Origin: Spirochaetales bacterium
GTDB lineage: Bacteria; Spirochaetota; GWE2-31-10
DNA: 64,000 nucleotides
NCBI GenBank assembly: GCA_017624275.1
Contig: JAGANG010000035.1
Location: 1,003 to 65,002 of the forward strand
Reading direction: 5' to 3'
Below are positions 48,495-57,980 of the stretch, piece by piece; position 1 is the stretch's first letter; the number at the start of each line of letters is the position of its first letter. The position numbers and the translations under genes were made by a program. Below the pieces are notes generated by a model, which worked only from the letters and a program-made list of their open reading frames with translations, was not told the origin of the DNA and ran no database searches.

Positions 48495-49043
48495 ATGCCA
48501 TTTACGGTATTACAAGAAAATAACGGAACAATCTTGCTTAAATCTCAAACATTTCATGATAGCCGAGGTTTCTTTGAAGAAACTTATAAAAAAAGCGATT
48601 TTCAAAAAATCGGAATAGATGTTGATTTCGTTCAAGACAACCACTCATTCTCAAAAAAAGGAGTTGTCCGTGCGTTGCATTACCAATTACCTCCATTTGC
48701 TCAAGGTAAACTTGTACAAGTAATTTCCGGCGAAATAATTGATATTGCCGTAGATTTACGAAAGAACTCCCCTACATTCAAACAACACACCGCTGTAAAA
48801 CTTTCGGGCGATAATAATTATTTATTTTATATTCCTGCCGGTTTCGGACACGGTTTTATGGCATTATCCGATAATGTACATTTACTTTATAAATGCACAG
48901 CAGAATATAATAAGGAATATGAACGCGGAATTATTTGGAATGACCCGGAACTCAATTTGCCGTGGGATAAAAATATTATTCCGATAATTTCTGAAAAAGA
49001 TTTGCAGCTACCTATGTTAAAAAACGCTGAGGTTTTTGAATGA
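48495..49043 (+). CDS. rfbC: dTDP-4-dehydrorhamnose 3,5-epimerase
   Basis: 182 aa. DSRGFFEETY, RALHYQ and GFGHGF cupin motifs. Confidence 0.9.
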   Translation: MPFTVLQENNGTILLKSQTFHDSRGFFEETYKKSDFQKIGIDVDFVQDNHSFSKKGVVRALHYQLPPFAQGKLVQVISGEIIDIAVDLRKNSPTFKQHTAVKLSGDNNYLFYIPAGFGHGFMALSDNVHLLYKCTAEYNKEYERGIIWNDPELNLPWDKNIIPIISEKDLQLPMLKNAEVFE

Positions 49044-49906
49044 TTTGGCTAATAGGAAAATCCGGTTTATTAGGACAAGAAATTGCTCAAATGCTTGAAC
49101 AAGAAAAACTTTTATATATCGGGACAGGACATGAAGTTGATATTACCGATATTAACGAATTGAAAAAATTTGCAGATGAAAAAACTTTTAGCTGGATTAT
49201 AAATTGTGCTGCATACACAGCTGTAGATAATGCAGAAAATGATTTTGAAAATGCTTGTAAATTAAATCATCATGCATTAACAAATCTTGCACTGATAGCA
49301 AAAGAAAAAAACGCAAAAGTTATTCACATATCTACAGATTACGTTTTTGATGGCAAAAAGAATAATAAATACACTGAAGAGGACATTCCTAATCCACTTA
49401 ATATTTACGGCAAAAGTAAATATGCAGGAGAATCGGAGTTAATGAAATGGAATAAAAGTTTCATTTTAAGAACTTCGTGGCTATTCGGTCACAACAAAAA
49501 CAATTTTGTGAAAACGATGCTGAATCTTTTTAATTCTAAAGAAGAATTGAAAATTATTAATGACCAATTCGGATTGCCGACATACACAAAAGATTTAGCA
49601 CAACTGATTAAAATAATTTTGCATAAAAATTATAGTCAATATGGAATTTTTCATTTTTGCAACAGCGGAGAAAAGATCAGCTGGTTCGATTTTGCATCCG
49701 AAATTTATCTTCAAGCTAGAAATATTGGACTTATAAATAAAAATATAAAAATTACTCCTATTCCGACAATTGACTACAAACAAGCAGCATTACGCCCGCA
49801 CAATTCATGTTTATCTACAAAGAAAATAGAACTGTTACTGCAAATATCAATTCCGTCATGGCAAAATGCATTAGAACGTTTTTTTGAAATTGAAACGTCA
49901 TTGTAA
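49040..49906 (+). CDS. rfbD: dTDP-4-dehydrorhamnose reductase
   Basis: 288 aa. Overlaps the rfbC stop by 4 nt. NCAAYTAVD, STDYVFDG and YGKSK motifs. Confidence 0.9.
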   Translation: MIWLIGKSGLLGQEIAQMLEQEKLLYIGTGHEVDITDINELKKFADEKTFSWIINCAAYTAVDNAENDFENACKLNHHALTNLALIAKEKNAKVIHISTDYVFDGKKNNKYTEEDIPNPLNIYGKSKYAGESELMKWNKSFILRTSWLFGHNKNNFVKTMLNLFNSKEELKIINDQFGLPTYTKDLAQLIKIILHKNYSQYGIFHFCNSGEKISWFDFASEIYLQARNIGLINKNIKITPIPTIDYKQAALRPHNSCLSTKKIELLLQISIPSWQNALERFFEIETSL

Positions 49907-49934
49907 TAATTTTTTATTCATTTCACTAATGAAT

Positions 49935-49974
49935 AAAAAATGGGATAAATCCACAATTTTATGGACTTATCCCA
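49935..49974 (-). terminator. Rho-independent terminator downstream of the ACP gene, in the convergent gap with rfbD
   Basis: On the minus strand, a 13-bp stem with one mismatch (TGGGATAAGTCCA/TGGATTTATCCCA) is followed by TTTTTT. A separate 13-bp A/T-only hairpin lies at 49910..49940. Confidence 0.6.
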
Positions 49975-49997
49975 TCTTACACTTTGATAAAAAGCTA

Positions 49998-50255
49998 TTA
50001 GTTTAATTCTTCGATAACATTATAAATGTCACCAACAGTTTTTAAAGCTTTAGCTTTTTCTTCATTAATTTTTGCTTCTTTACCAGTTTTAGCTTTAACA
50101 GCTTTTTCTAAAGCAACAATCAAATCAATTCCATCTAAAGAGTCAAGTTCTAAATCATCAAATAAGCTAGCTTCTGCATTAAGCTCATCTTCAGTTTTTT
50201 CAAACTCCTCTACTAATACGTTATTTACTAATTCTTCTACTTCTGCTCTAGTCAT
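49998..50255 (-). CDS. Acyl carrier protein (divergent, 85 aa)
   Basis: Phosphopantetheine attachment motif LELDSLDGIDLIVALE in a four-helix-sized acidic protein. Confidence 0.8.
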   Translation of the reverse strand: MTRAEVEELVNNVLVEEFEKTEDELNAEASLFDDLELDSLDGIDLIVALEKAVKAKTGKEAKINEEKAKALKTVGDIYNVIEELN

Positions 50256-50288
50256 TATTCTTCCAAACTCCTTTTTTTAGTTTCATCT

Positions 50289-50316
50289 ATTTTACACTAA
50301 ATATGAAAAGAATCAA
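50289..50316 (-). promoter_or_regulatory. Sigma70-like promoter of the ACP gene
   Basis: Minus strand reads TTGATT, 16 nt, TAAAAT, followed by an AAGGAG RBS region. Confidence 0.4.
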
Positions 50317-50352
50317 CTTGATTTTCCATATTTAGTACAAATATTTATTATT

Positions 50353-53070
50353 TTATTCAAAATCAGCAACTTCAATACTCTTAATTGAATATTTTTTATC
50401 ATTAAAAGATACAACGTCACCAACTTTCTTTCCTAATAAAGCCATTCCCAACGGTGACTTATAAGAAAGAACATTATTTTCAATATCTGATTCCCATGGT
50501 CCTAAAATTGTGAATTCTACCAAATCTGCATTTTCCAAAACTTCAATCTTAGTACCGAAAGAAACTGTCGATGCATTAACATCTTTACGTTCAATAATAG
50601 TAGCTTCGTTGATTCCGTTAGCCAACTCTGTAACTCTTGCAGCAAGCTGTGATTCTTTTTCTTTTGCTGCTTTGTATTCTGAGTTTTCTCGTAAGTCTCC
50701 TTTTTCCAAAGCTTCACCGATATCCTTAGAATTTCTCGGAACTTCAACTTCTTGAATATAAGCGAGTTCTTTTTTCTTCTCTTCCAAACTTTTACGCAAT
50801 GTAAGCAATTTATCAGCAAGAGTTTTAATTTTATTTTCTTCGCTTTGATTTTCTTCTGCTGCTTTGTATTTAGCTGCAACTTCAGGGTAACATTCTGCAA
50901 TTTTATCTTTAATTTTTACTTTATCCTCTTCTCCAAGATAATTTAAATCTACAGTTATTTTATAAAGACGATTAGCAAAATCCAAAGATGCAATTTCAAT
51001 ATAATTTTCTAAGATTTCATTTTTAAATAAGTAATCTCTTACTTGATTTTGCAACTTCTTATTTTTAGTCGTTTCTTTTTTTATTGTAATGCTATTTCCT
51101 GCCAATTCAATTAAATGAAGCAAAGAGAATAACACTGTTTCATAATTCACGCCAAAATCATCTGCACGTTCTTTAGATGATAAAACTCTCGGCACAAGCC
51201 AGAAGAATGCTTCTCTGTATTCTCTGTATGTTACCATTAAATCATGAACAAGCTGTCTTACATATTTGTGATCTTCCAATGAAGCTTTGTCCAATTCTTC
51301 ATAAATAAAAGAACTTGGATACAAAAAGAACAATCTGATATAAGTTTCTTGCCAAGAGCCTTCAGTTTGATTATCACACTCTTTAATATTTCTAAGGAAA
51401 TCATTTCTCAATTCTTGTAAAGAAATTGCCTCATAAATATCAAGCGGATCTTCTACATTATCGATTAAATCTTTAAAAACAGGCATTTCAACTTTTAAGA
51501 AAGAATATTTCTTTTGAAAAAGTTTTAACAACAAGAAACTGATAATAGTTTGTTCGTTAACAACATCGATTACTTTTGCATGTGTTTTGAAATAAGTAAT
51601 CATATCTCCCAAAAGATCCGGATCCGGTTCGGAATCCTGCTGATAATATTGATAAGCAATATTAAAACGCTGCATAAAATCTTTTGATGCTTTAAACGCA
51701 TTCGCAGTTCTTTCTTCAATTGAAATAGGACGATCTCTTAACATATAGATATCGCTATTTTCATCCACAGTTCCGAAAATAGGATCATTTTTCATAAGTT
51801 CCTTAGTTTTAGACCACCAGTTATTCCATTTTCCTTGTGTAATAATATCCGGAACTAATTCAGCTTTAATTTCTTTCAATTTAATATTGTTGTTGTAGCT
51901 TTTAATTAAAATTTTCATTGCCCATAATGGATCTTCTACAACTTTAACTTTTAATTTTTCAATATTTTTTAATTTAAGAACCCAAATATGATTTTTAGCT
52001 AATACTCGCAATGAAGAAATAGCCAATTTTAAAGACATTTTATGGTTTCTGCTTTTCTCAAAATCAATAATAAATTCATCACGTTCTACTGATTTAATAA
52101 GTCCGATACCCCAGTCTCTGTGATAAACAAAATTACCTACATCTATTGATATATGTTTTTCAAAACTTGAAATAGCCTCTCCGATAGTTCTCCACTTTCC
52201 GTCAAGGTTACTTTTCTTTATATATTCTTCTAAATGAGAATGTTCTGCATATTTTTTCTTATACACAAAAATAATCTCATCACGAGCGTATTCATTACGA
52301 GAATCATAATCTAAGATAATTTTTAATAATTTAATACATATATCCCAATTATCTTGTTTTTTATAATTTTCATAAACCAACATCAACAAATCTACGACTC
52401 TATCTACAGGAAAAACTTTATAGATTTTCTTTTCCAATCCTAAGAAGAAATCACAACCGACTTCATCAAAAGTTAAAAGTTTCTTCCAAACTTCTTCAAT
52501 CTGAGTAAAATTACCAATATGAATTGAACGATTAATTGCTTTCTTATAGTAACTAATTGCCTCATCTCTTTTATTTTCGCTTTCATGTTTTTCAGCGATT
52601 TTTAAAACAATTCCTATTTCTTCATAATCAACTTTTATTAATTCTTCCCAATAGTTTTCAATCTCTTCTTTTTTTCCGAGATTTGTCAAAGCTTCCAATA
52701 AAGAACGAATTACAACTTTATCTTTTAATCCTGAATTGTTTATTTTTAGAGCAATATACTCTACGATATTCCATTTTAAATTATCTGAAAAAATCTTTAA
52801 CAAGCTATAAGGACTTCCGTCTTCGAATCGCCCTTCATTCAACTGAAATATTGTTGATATATATAATGCAATAATAGAATTTTTATTTTTTGACAAATAA
52901 TCATTTGTAATTGCATTTATTTCTTTCTGGATATGATTATCAGAAAATTCTTGAACTAATGCATCTAAATCTTCAAAGTTTTTGATAGTATAATTATTGA
53001 TTGCCGTTCTAGTCCATTTTTCTTCATTTAATTGACTTTCATATTTTTCAATCAGTTGCTGCTCGTTCAT
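50353..53070 (-). CDS. greA: Long-form transcription elongation factor GreA (~750-aa N-terminal extension plus a canonical C-terminal GreA)
   Basis: 905 aa. C-terminal GDLRENSEYKAAKEKESQLAARV...SYKSPLGMALLGKKVGD (GreA N and C domains). Internal CarD/TRCF-RID-like segment FVYHRDWGIGLIKSVE. Confidence 0.85.
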   Translation of the reverse strand: MNEQQLIEKYESQLNEEKWTRTAINNYTIKNFEDLDALVQEFSDNHIQKEINAITNDYLSKNKNSIIALYISTIFQLNEGRFEDGSPYSLLKIFSDNLKWNIVEYIALKINNSGLKDKVVIRSLLEALTNLGKKEEIENYWEELIKVDYEEIGIVLKIAEKHESENKRDEAISYYKKAINRSIHIGNFTQIEEVWKKLLTFDEVGCDFFLGLEKKIYKVFPVDRVVDLLMLVYENYKKQDNWDICIKLLKIILDYDSRNEYARDEIIFVYKKKYAEHSHLEEYIKKSNLDGKWRTIGEAISSFEKHISIDVGNFVYHRDWGIGLIKSVERDEFIIDFEKSRNHKMSLKLAISSLRVLAKNHIWVLKLKNIEKLKVKVVEDPLWAMKILIKSYNNNIKLKEIKAELVPDIITQGKWNNWWSKTKELMKNDPIFGTVDENSDIYMLRDRPISIEERTANAFKASKDFMQRFNIAYQYYQQDSEPDPDLLGDMITYFKTHAKVIDVVNEQTIISFLLLKLFQKKYSFLKVEMPVFKDLIDNVEDPLDIYEAISLQELRNDFLRNIKECDNQTEGSWQETYIRLFFLYPSSFIYEELDKASLEDHKYVRQLVHDLMVTYREYREAFFWLVPRVLSSKERADDFGVNYETVLFSLLHLIELAGNSITIKKETTKNKKLQNQVRDYLFKNEILENYIEIASLDFANRLYKITVDLNYLGEEDKVKIKDKIAECYPEVAAKYKAAEENQSEENKIKTLADKLLTLRKSLEEKKKELAYIQEVEVPRNSKDIGEALEKGDLRENSEYKAAKEKESQLAARVTELANGINEATIIERKDVNASTVSFGTKIEVLENADLVEFTILGPWESDIENNVLSYKSPLGMALLGKKVGDVVSFNDKKYSIKSIEVADFE

Positions 53071-53083
53071 TTTTACTCCTGTT

Positions 53084-54088
53084 TTAGATAGAATTTTTAA
53101 AAATATTGTAGATTGTGAAAGATAAATCCTTTATGGCATCTTCCACTTTTTTTATTTCTTCTCTATTATTTCCATTTTCCTGAAAATAATCATAAAGCCA
53201 TAAATACCTTATCAGCAAAATAGCTTTAATCTTCTCTGTTTCATTTTTATTCTTTAGAATCCCTGTATTATTTTCCAACTCATTTTTTATATCAGAAATA
53301 TCTTTGTGTATTTTTGCAACTTCAACACTCTTCAATTCACGCTTTATATCTAAAATATTATATATACGTGCATATACAGGCATCCAAAAAACAAAAGTTT
53401 CTTCTGCAATATCATATTGCTTCATAACACAATAGATTTTAGTTATTAATTGACTGTTTTCTAACTTTGCCAAATCAATACCGGCAGGATTGAGAAAAAA
53501 AGCTTCACGCAACATTATTTTTGCAGCTCGTTCATCACCTTGTAATTCATAACAATTACTAAGTTGTGCATACGCATCTGCATTAAAACCTTCCGTTCGA
53601 ATAGCTTTTTGAAAATAACATATAGCATCATTTAAGTTGCCTAATTCTTTATTAATAAAACCAATCAACATAAATAACTGCACTATATTTATAGAAGCTT
53701 CACCATCAATCTCAGCTTTTATTAAATATTCTAAAGCCAACCCTAAAACATATTGCATTATACAGTTTAACACTCGATTCTTTGTTTCTTTAGAAGATGA
53801 AAAAGTCAATGCAAATTTTTCCCATTCTTCATACAACAAATTACCTATTTTGTAACATGAGAAAGATTTTTTATCCTTTTCTTTTTTTAATTTTTCAATT
53901 TTTATTTTCCAATAATTGCAACATTTAACTCCCATTTCCGCACTTTCATTAGAAAAATCTCGTTTCAGAATTTCCTTAAAAATAGTCGCCGCATCATTAA
54001 AACAACCTTCCGACAAAGAAGACATTGCAAATGATAAACGTTGTTCTATTGAAAAACCATCATTCCCATTGTTATATCTAAACCCCAT
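53084..54088 (-). CDS. TPR-like helical repeat protein, located 13 nt upstream of greA
   Basis: 334 aa, helical repeats (LGNLNDAICYFQKAIRTEGFNADAYAQLSNCYELQGDERAA...). AAAAGGG RBS. Confidence 0.55.
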   Translation of the reverse strand: MGFRYNNGNDGFSIEQRLSFAMSSLSEGCFNDAATIFKEILKRDFSNESAEMGVKCCNYWKIKIEKLKKEKDKKSFSCYKIGNLLYEEWEKFALTFSSSKETKNRVLNCIMQYVLGLALEYLIKAEIDGEASINIVQLFMLIGFINKELGNLNDAICYFQKAIRTEGFNADAYAQLSNCYELQGDERAAKIMLREAFFLNPAGIDLAKLENSQLITKIYCVMKQYDIAEETFVFWMPVYARIYNILDIKRELKSVEVAKIHKDISDIKNELENNTGILKNKNETEKIKAILLIRYLWLYDYFQENGNNREEIKKVEDAIKDLSFTIYNIFKNSI

Positions 54089-54150
54089 TATAAACCCTTT
54101 TTACGGCAGTTTTTATAAATATTCCAAAATGGTGTTTTGTAACCAGTGTT

Positions 54151-54193
54151 AAAACAAAGAAATGGATGAAATGTACAGAATCATTTCATCCAT
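54151..54193 (-). terminator. Terminator-like hairpin plus U-tract in the leader of the TPR-greA operon (putative attenuator or short-transcript terminator)
   Basis: On the minus strand, a perfect 12-bp stem ATGGATGAAATG/CATTTCATCCAT with an 8-nt loop is followed by TTCTTTGTTTT. It lies ~65 nt upstream of ATG 54088. Confidence 0.4.
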
Positions 54194-54201
54194 CGTGGGT
54201 T

Positions 54202-54230
54202 CTTATATCATTTTCGCTGATTTCGGTCAA
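54202..54230 (-). promoter_or_regulatory. Sigma70-like promoter placed just upstream of the leader hairpin
   Basis: Minus strand reads TTGACC, 17 nt, TATAAG. The predicted transcription start is within a few nt of the hairpin base. Confidence 0.35.
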
Positions 54231-54351
54231 TACAACTATATCTGATAATTTTCGTTTTCATGCCAATTTTTTGAGTTCATATTCCGATAAGAAAAGGATT
54301 TAAAGTTTTTGGTTATCATCAATTTTATGATAAAAGCAGGTTTTATAGATT

Positions 54352-55206
54352 ATGAAAATATTTCTTATTATTTGTATAATAATTTCTTCTTTGTATACTC
54401 CGATTTTTTCTTTCAATGAAAAAGACATTGAAGAAAAAGAATTTCAAGCCATAACCATGTTTAGACAAGGTAAAAATCAAGAAGTAATAGATTTACTGCA
54501 AGAAATAATAAATACAAAAACAGAAAATGATAAAAATTTCCAAACCCGTATAAAAGAAGTTTATTACTGGTTAGGTAAAACATACATTCGATGTAATAAA
54601 TTCGAAGAAGCAAAAAAGAATCTGGAATATTACATGGCCAATTTCAAAAACTTCGGTGAAAATTACGAAGATGCATATTATGAAAATGCAATGATGTATT
54701 ACACCGAGAAAAAATACCAGACAGCAGTCGATTTATTCACAAATTTTCTCAAAGAATTTCCGGACAGCAGAATTACTGCAAAAGTATGTTACCAAATAGG
54801 AGAATCATTATATGAATTATCTTTATACGACGATTCTTTAATTTATTTTAAAACATTAACTGATAATTACCCTACTTCTAATTATTACGAAGCTGCTACA
54901 TTCAGAGTAAAATTAATCGAAAGCAGAAAAAACGAGCTTGTTTTACAAAACTTATTGAAATGGTCACAGGAACAATTTTTGGCAAATCGAGATTCATTTC
55001 TGAAAAAATTACAAGAAGCCACAGATACCATCAAAATTCTTGAAGATAAAATTAAAATATTAGAAAGCAAAGTCGCTTTAAAAGAAGATACGATTGAATT
55101 TAATTATGAACAAAATATGATTCTCGAAAGTCGAGAAGAATTATTAAAAAGAAAAGAAATTATCTTAAAATTAATAGAAAAAGAAATTTTAAAAAGCAGC
55201 AAATAA
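54352..55206 (+). CDS. Exported TPR protein (YbgF-like repeats) with a C-terminal coiled coil
   Basis: 284 aa. Signal peptide, TPR units (YYWLGKTYIRCNKFEEAKKNLEYY, CYQIGESLYELSLYDDSLIYFK) and a heptad-rich tail. Confidence 0.6.
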   Translation: MKIFLIICIIISSLYTPIFSFNEKDIEEKEFQAITMFRQGKNQEVIDLLQEIINTKTENDKNFQTRIKEVYYWLGKTYIRCNKFEEAKKNLEYYMANFKNFGENYEDAYYENAMMYYTEKKYQTAVDLFTNFLKEFPDSRITAKVCYQIGESLYELSLYDDSLIYFKTLTDNYPTSNYYEAATFRVKLIESRKNELVLQNLLKWSQEQFLANRDSFLKKLQEATDTIKILEDKIKILESKVALKEDTIEFNYEQNMILESREELLKRKEIILKLIEKEILKSSK

Positions 55207-55219
55207 CGGAGTAAGTTTT

Positions 55220-56242
55220 ATGATAAAAAATAAATATCTTATATTTATACTTCTATTTTTCTCAAACATCGCATTTGCACAATCTGTAGAAGATAAGCGA
55301 ACTTCTTCAGCCTCAAACAAAACTTTAGTTTCCAAAAATCTTAAAATCAGTGTGGATAAAAATTCCGGGAACTTTATTTTCTATGCAAAGGAAAATGCTG
55401 AAGATAATGATAAGAATAAAGATTCCGAAGAATGGATTAAAATATTATCAGAAAAAACAATTCCATCCAGCTATTTTATTTTCCTTAAAGACGGAACATC
55501 AATCGGTTACGGTTCCGGTGAAAAAGGCGTTCATACATGTCAAATAAAATGGAATGAAATAAAATATGCTTGGGAAAATGCCAATACCAGAATTATAAGT
55601 ACTTTTAGTTTTGCACAAAATATGGATACTTCAACTTATGACGGTTTCAATATAAATTTAAATATTAAAAATATTTCAAAAGCTGATATTGAGCTTATTC
55701 CCATAGCTTGTTTTGACGGCAACAATGATACCCTCGAAGAACATTATTTCACATCAAACCGACGAATATCTGTAGAACAAGAATTGTTGGGAAGTAACAT
55801 AAAAGATTCAATAACCATAAATACGATGATTCCACATACAAGCCTGAAACTTTTTGTTCCCGAAATAATAAACACTGCGGCACAAGAAAATAAAAGAATT
55901 CGTCCAAAACGAGTTTTCTTCACAAACTGGCGTAGAATGAAAGATTATGAATCCGGAACGTTTTTTGTAAATTCGGGACGACGTTTTGATACCGAACCAT
56001 ACTCAGACAATGACAGTGCATTATTTATTGAATTTCCAAATACTAAAATAAAACCAAACAGTTCTATTCTAATTAATTTCCGACTGAATATTGAAAAGTT
56101 AAAAATATCAGCAAGTTCACAAGCCAGATTGGACGAGCTTTTTCAATTATTGAAAGAAGTAAACCAAAAGATTGATGCAAACGAAATTGTTGAAAAAAAA
56201 TACCTTAACGATTTAGACGATCGCCTGAATGCTTTGCGATAA
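55220..56242 (+). CDS. Hypothetical secreted protein with a C-terminal coiled coil
   Basis: 340 aa. Signal peptide ending AFA-QS. No recognisable catalytic motif. Starts 13 nt after the TPR gene. Confidence 0.5.
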   Translation: MIKNKYLIFILLFFSNIAFAQSVEDKRTSSASNKTLVSKNLKISVDKNSGNFIFYAKENAEDNDKNKDSEEWIKILSEKTIPSSYFIFLKDGTSIGYGSGEKGVHTCQIKWNEIKYAWENANTRIISTFSFAQNMDTSTYDGFNINLNIKNISKADIELIPIACFDGNNDTLEEHYFTSNRRISVEQELLGSNIKDSITINTMIPHTSLKLFVPEIINTAAQENKRIRPKRVFFTNWRRMKDYESGTFFVNSGRRFDTEPYSDNDSALFIEFPNTKIKPNSSILINFRLNIEKLKISASSQARLDELFQLLKEVNQKIDANEIVEKKYLNDLDDRLNALR

Positions 56243-56249
56243 TTAAAAT

Positions 56250-57221
56250 TTATTGCAAGAAATAACTTCCCTGTTTAGTATTTCTTGCAATAAACTCCTT
56301 CTCTACTTTTCGCAAAATTGTTCCTTTTGTATATGAAGCTTCTTCGGTTGATGTAGAAACTAAAGATTTAAAATTGGCAAAACGAAAAATCAAAACATTT
56401 TCAGGAATTCGTTCCAAGATATCACAAATCAATTGAACATAAGAAACATCGGTAAATCGGACAAATTGTTCGGGATACATTTCGTATTCTCGGGTAATTT
56501 CAGTGCCTTCCGTAAAATCAAGCATTCGATATTTCACACCGTCAATTTTATTTTCTTTAAACAACCGCAAATTTCCGTCAATCATCATATCTGTTGATTC
56601 TCCCGGCAATCCGAGTATCATATGAACTCCGACTTTTATATCCGGTGCAAAATTGTGAATCATTGCCACTGCATTATGAAAATCTGAATAAGAATGCCCT
56701 CTGTGAATACGCTCTAAAGTTTTATCAAAAACACTTTGCAATCCTAATTCCAGCCAAATTTCTTTACCGGAAGAATATGATAAATCTTGCAAAGCTTTTA
56801 AGATTTCCGGATAAATATAATCCGGACGAGTAGATATCATTATTCCGACAATATAATCTTTATCCAAAACAGCTTTATATCGCTGCAAAAGTTCCTTCAT
56901 ATCGCCGTAAGTATTAGTATTCGCCTGAAAATATCCCCAAAATAACGAAACATTTAATCTGTTACCAAAGAAATCTTTGCCTTTTTCCAGCTGTATATCA
57001 AGTTCGTCCATTGCACACAAATTTCCGGTCTCATATAAATGCAATCCGCCGTCTTGCAAATAATCCGGCAAAAATGACAAACCATCGCAAAATGAACAGC
57101 CCGGTTTACCGTCTAATCTATTAGGACAAGGCAATCCCATATCAAGCGGCAATCGCCAAACTTTTTTCCCAAACTTTTCTTTATTATAATCATTTAATGT
57201 TCGATAAAATTTTTCATTCAT
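56250..57221 (-). CDS. TIGR01212-family radical SAM protein
   Basis: 323 aa. N-terminal Cys-rich cluster CPNRLDGKPGCSFC and a family-like layout. Assignment is by eye. Confidence 0.65.
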   Translation of the reverse strand: MNEKFYRTLNDYNKEKFGKKVWRLPLDMGLPCPNRLDGKPGCSFCDGLSFLPDYLQDGGLHLYETGNLCAMDELDIQLEKGKDFFGNRLNVSLFWGYFQANTNTYGDMKELLQRYKAVLDKDYIVGIMISTRPDYIYPEILKALQDLSYSSGKEIWLELGLQSVFDKTLERIHRGHSYSDFHNAVAMIHNFAPDIKVGVHMILGLPGESTDMMIDGNLRLFKENKIDGVKYRMLDFTEGTEITREYEMYPEQFVRFTDVSYVQLICDILERIPENVLIFRFANFKSLVSTSTEEASYTKGTILRKVEKEFIARNTKQGSYFLQ

Positions 57222-57925
57222 TATCTATATCTCTCATTATCATCAACAATCAACGGAGAAAAATACATCTGACGAATCGGATTAAAACGAAATACAATCA
57301 GACAATAAATAAACGCAAAAATAAATCCAAACAAATGCGTGATATGAGCAATTCCGTCTGCACTGCCTGTCATTTCTATAAAAAGTTCAAATATTGCAAA
57401 CAGCGGTACCATCCATTTTATTTTCAACGGAATGATAAAAAATAAAAGTACTTTGATTTCCGGATAATACGCCCCGAAAGCCAGTAAAACACCGTACACC
57501 GCTCCGGATGCTCCGATAAGCGAAACTCTTTCGGCTCCGGTCAAACTAAAAAATAAATATGACGCAATATTGGCAAGTATTCCTACCACAAGATAAAAAG
57601 CTAAAAAATGTCCGCTTCCCCATCGTTTTTCCAACGGCTTACCAAATGCATATAACGCATACATATTTAAAATAAGATGAGCTAAATTTCCGTGAAGGAA
57701 CATAGAAGTCAAAAGTTGATACCCAAATCGAAAACCATTATCAATTGACGGAATAGAATCGCCGAAGCCGATATTCAATGCCCCGAACATAAATTCCAAT
57801 CCCAACAAAGCTCCGTTATGAGTCACATAATTTAAAACCCACGGAATAAACAAAACACAGTTAATAATGATTATAAGATTGACTATTGAAAAACTATTTG
57901 ATTTTAAAAGTACTCGATTATTCAT
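57221..57925 (-). CDS. Rhomboid-family intramembrane serine protease
   Basis: 234 aa, 6-7 TM. HGNLAHLILNM and GASGAVYG (catalytic Ser), with a downstream His in HLFG. Confidence 0.8.
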   Translation of the reverse strand: MNNRVLLKSNSFSIVNLIIIINCVLFIPWVLNYVTHNGALLGLEFMFGALNIGFGDSIPSIDNGFRFGYQLLTSMFLHGNLAHLILNMYALYAFGKPLEKRWGSGHFLAFYLVVGILANIASYLFFSLTGAERVSLIGASGAVYGVLLAFGAYYPEIKVLLFFIIPLKIKWMVPLFAIFELFIEMTGSADGIAHITHLFGFIFAFIYCLIVFRFNPIRQMYFSPLIVDDNERYR

Positions 57926-57980
57926 AATGCGAGGAACTTACACAAGTTATTTTCAATAGTCAAGGCATTTCAAATCTCAA

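Noticed and set aside
50517-50900. A same-strand alternative-frame 127-aa ORF lies inside greA.
   Set aside because: It is a Lys-rich low-complexity translation of the purine-rich GreA coiled-coil region. It has no RBS and there is no independent support for it.
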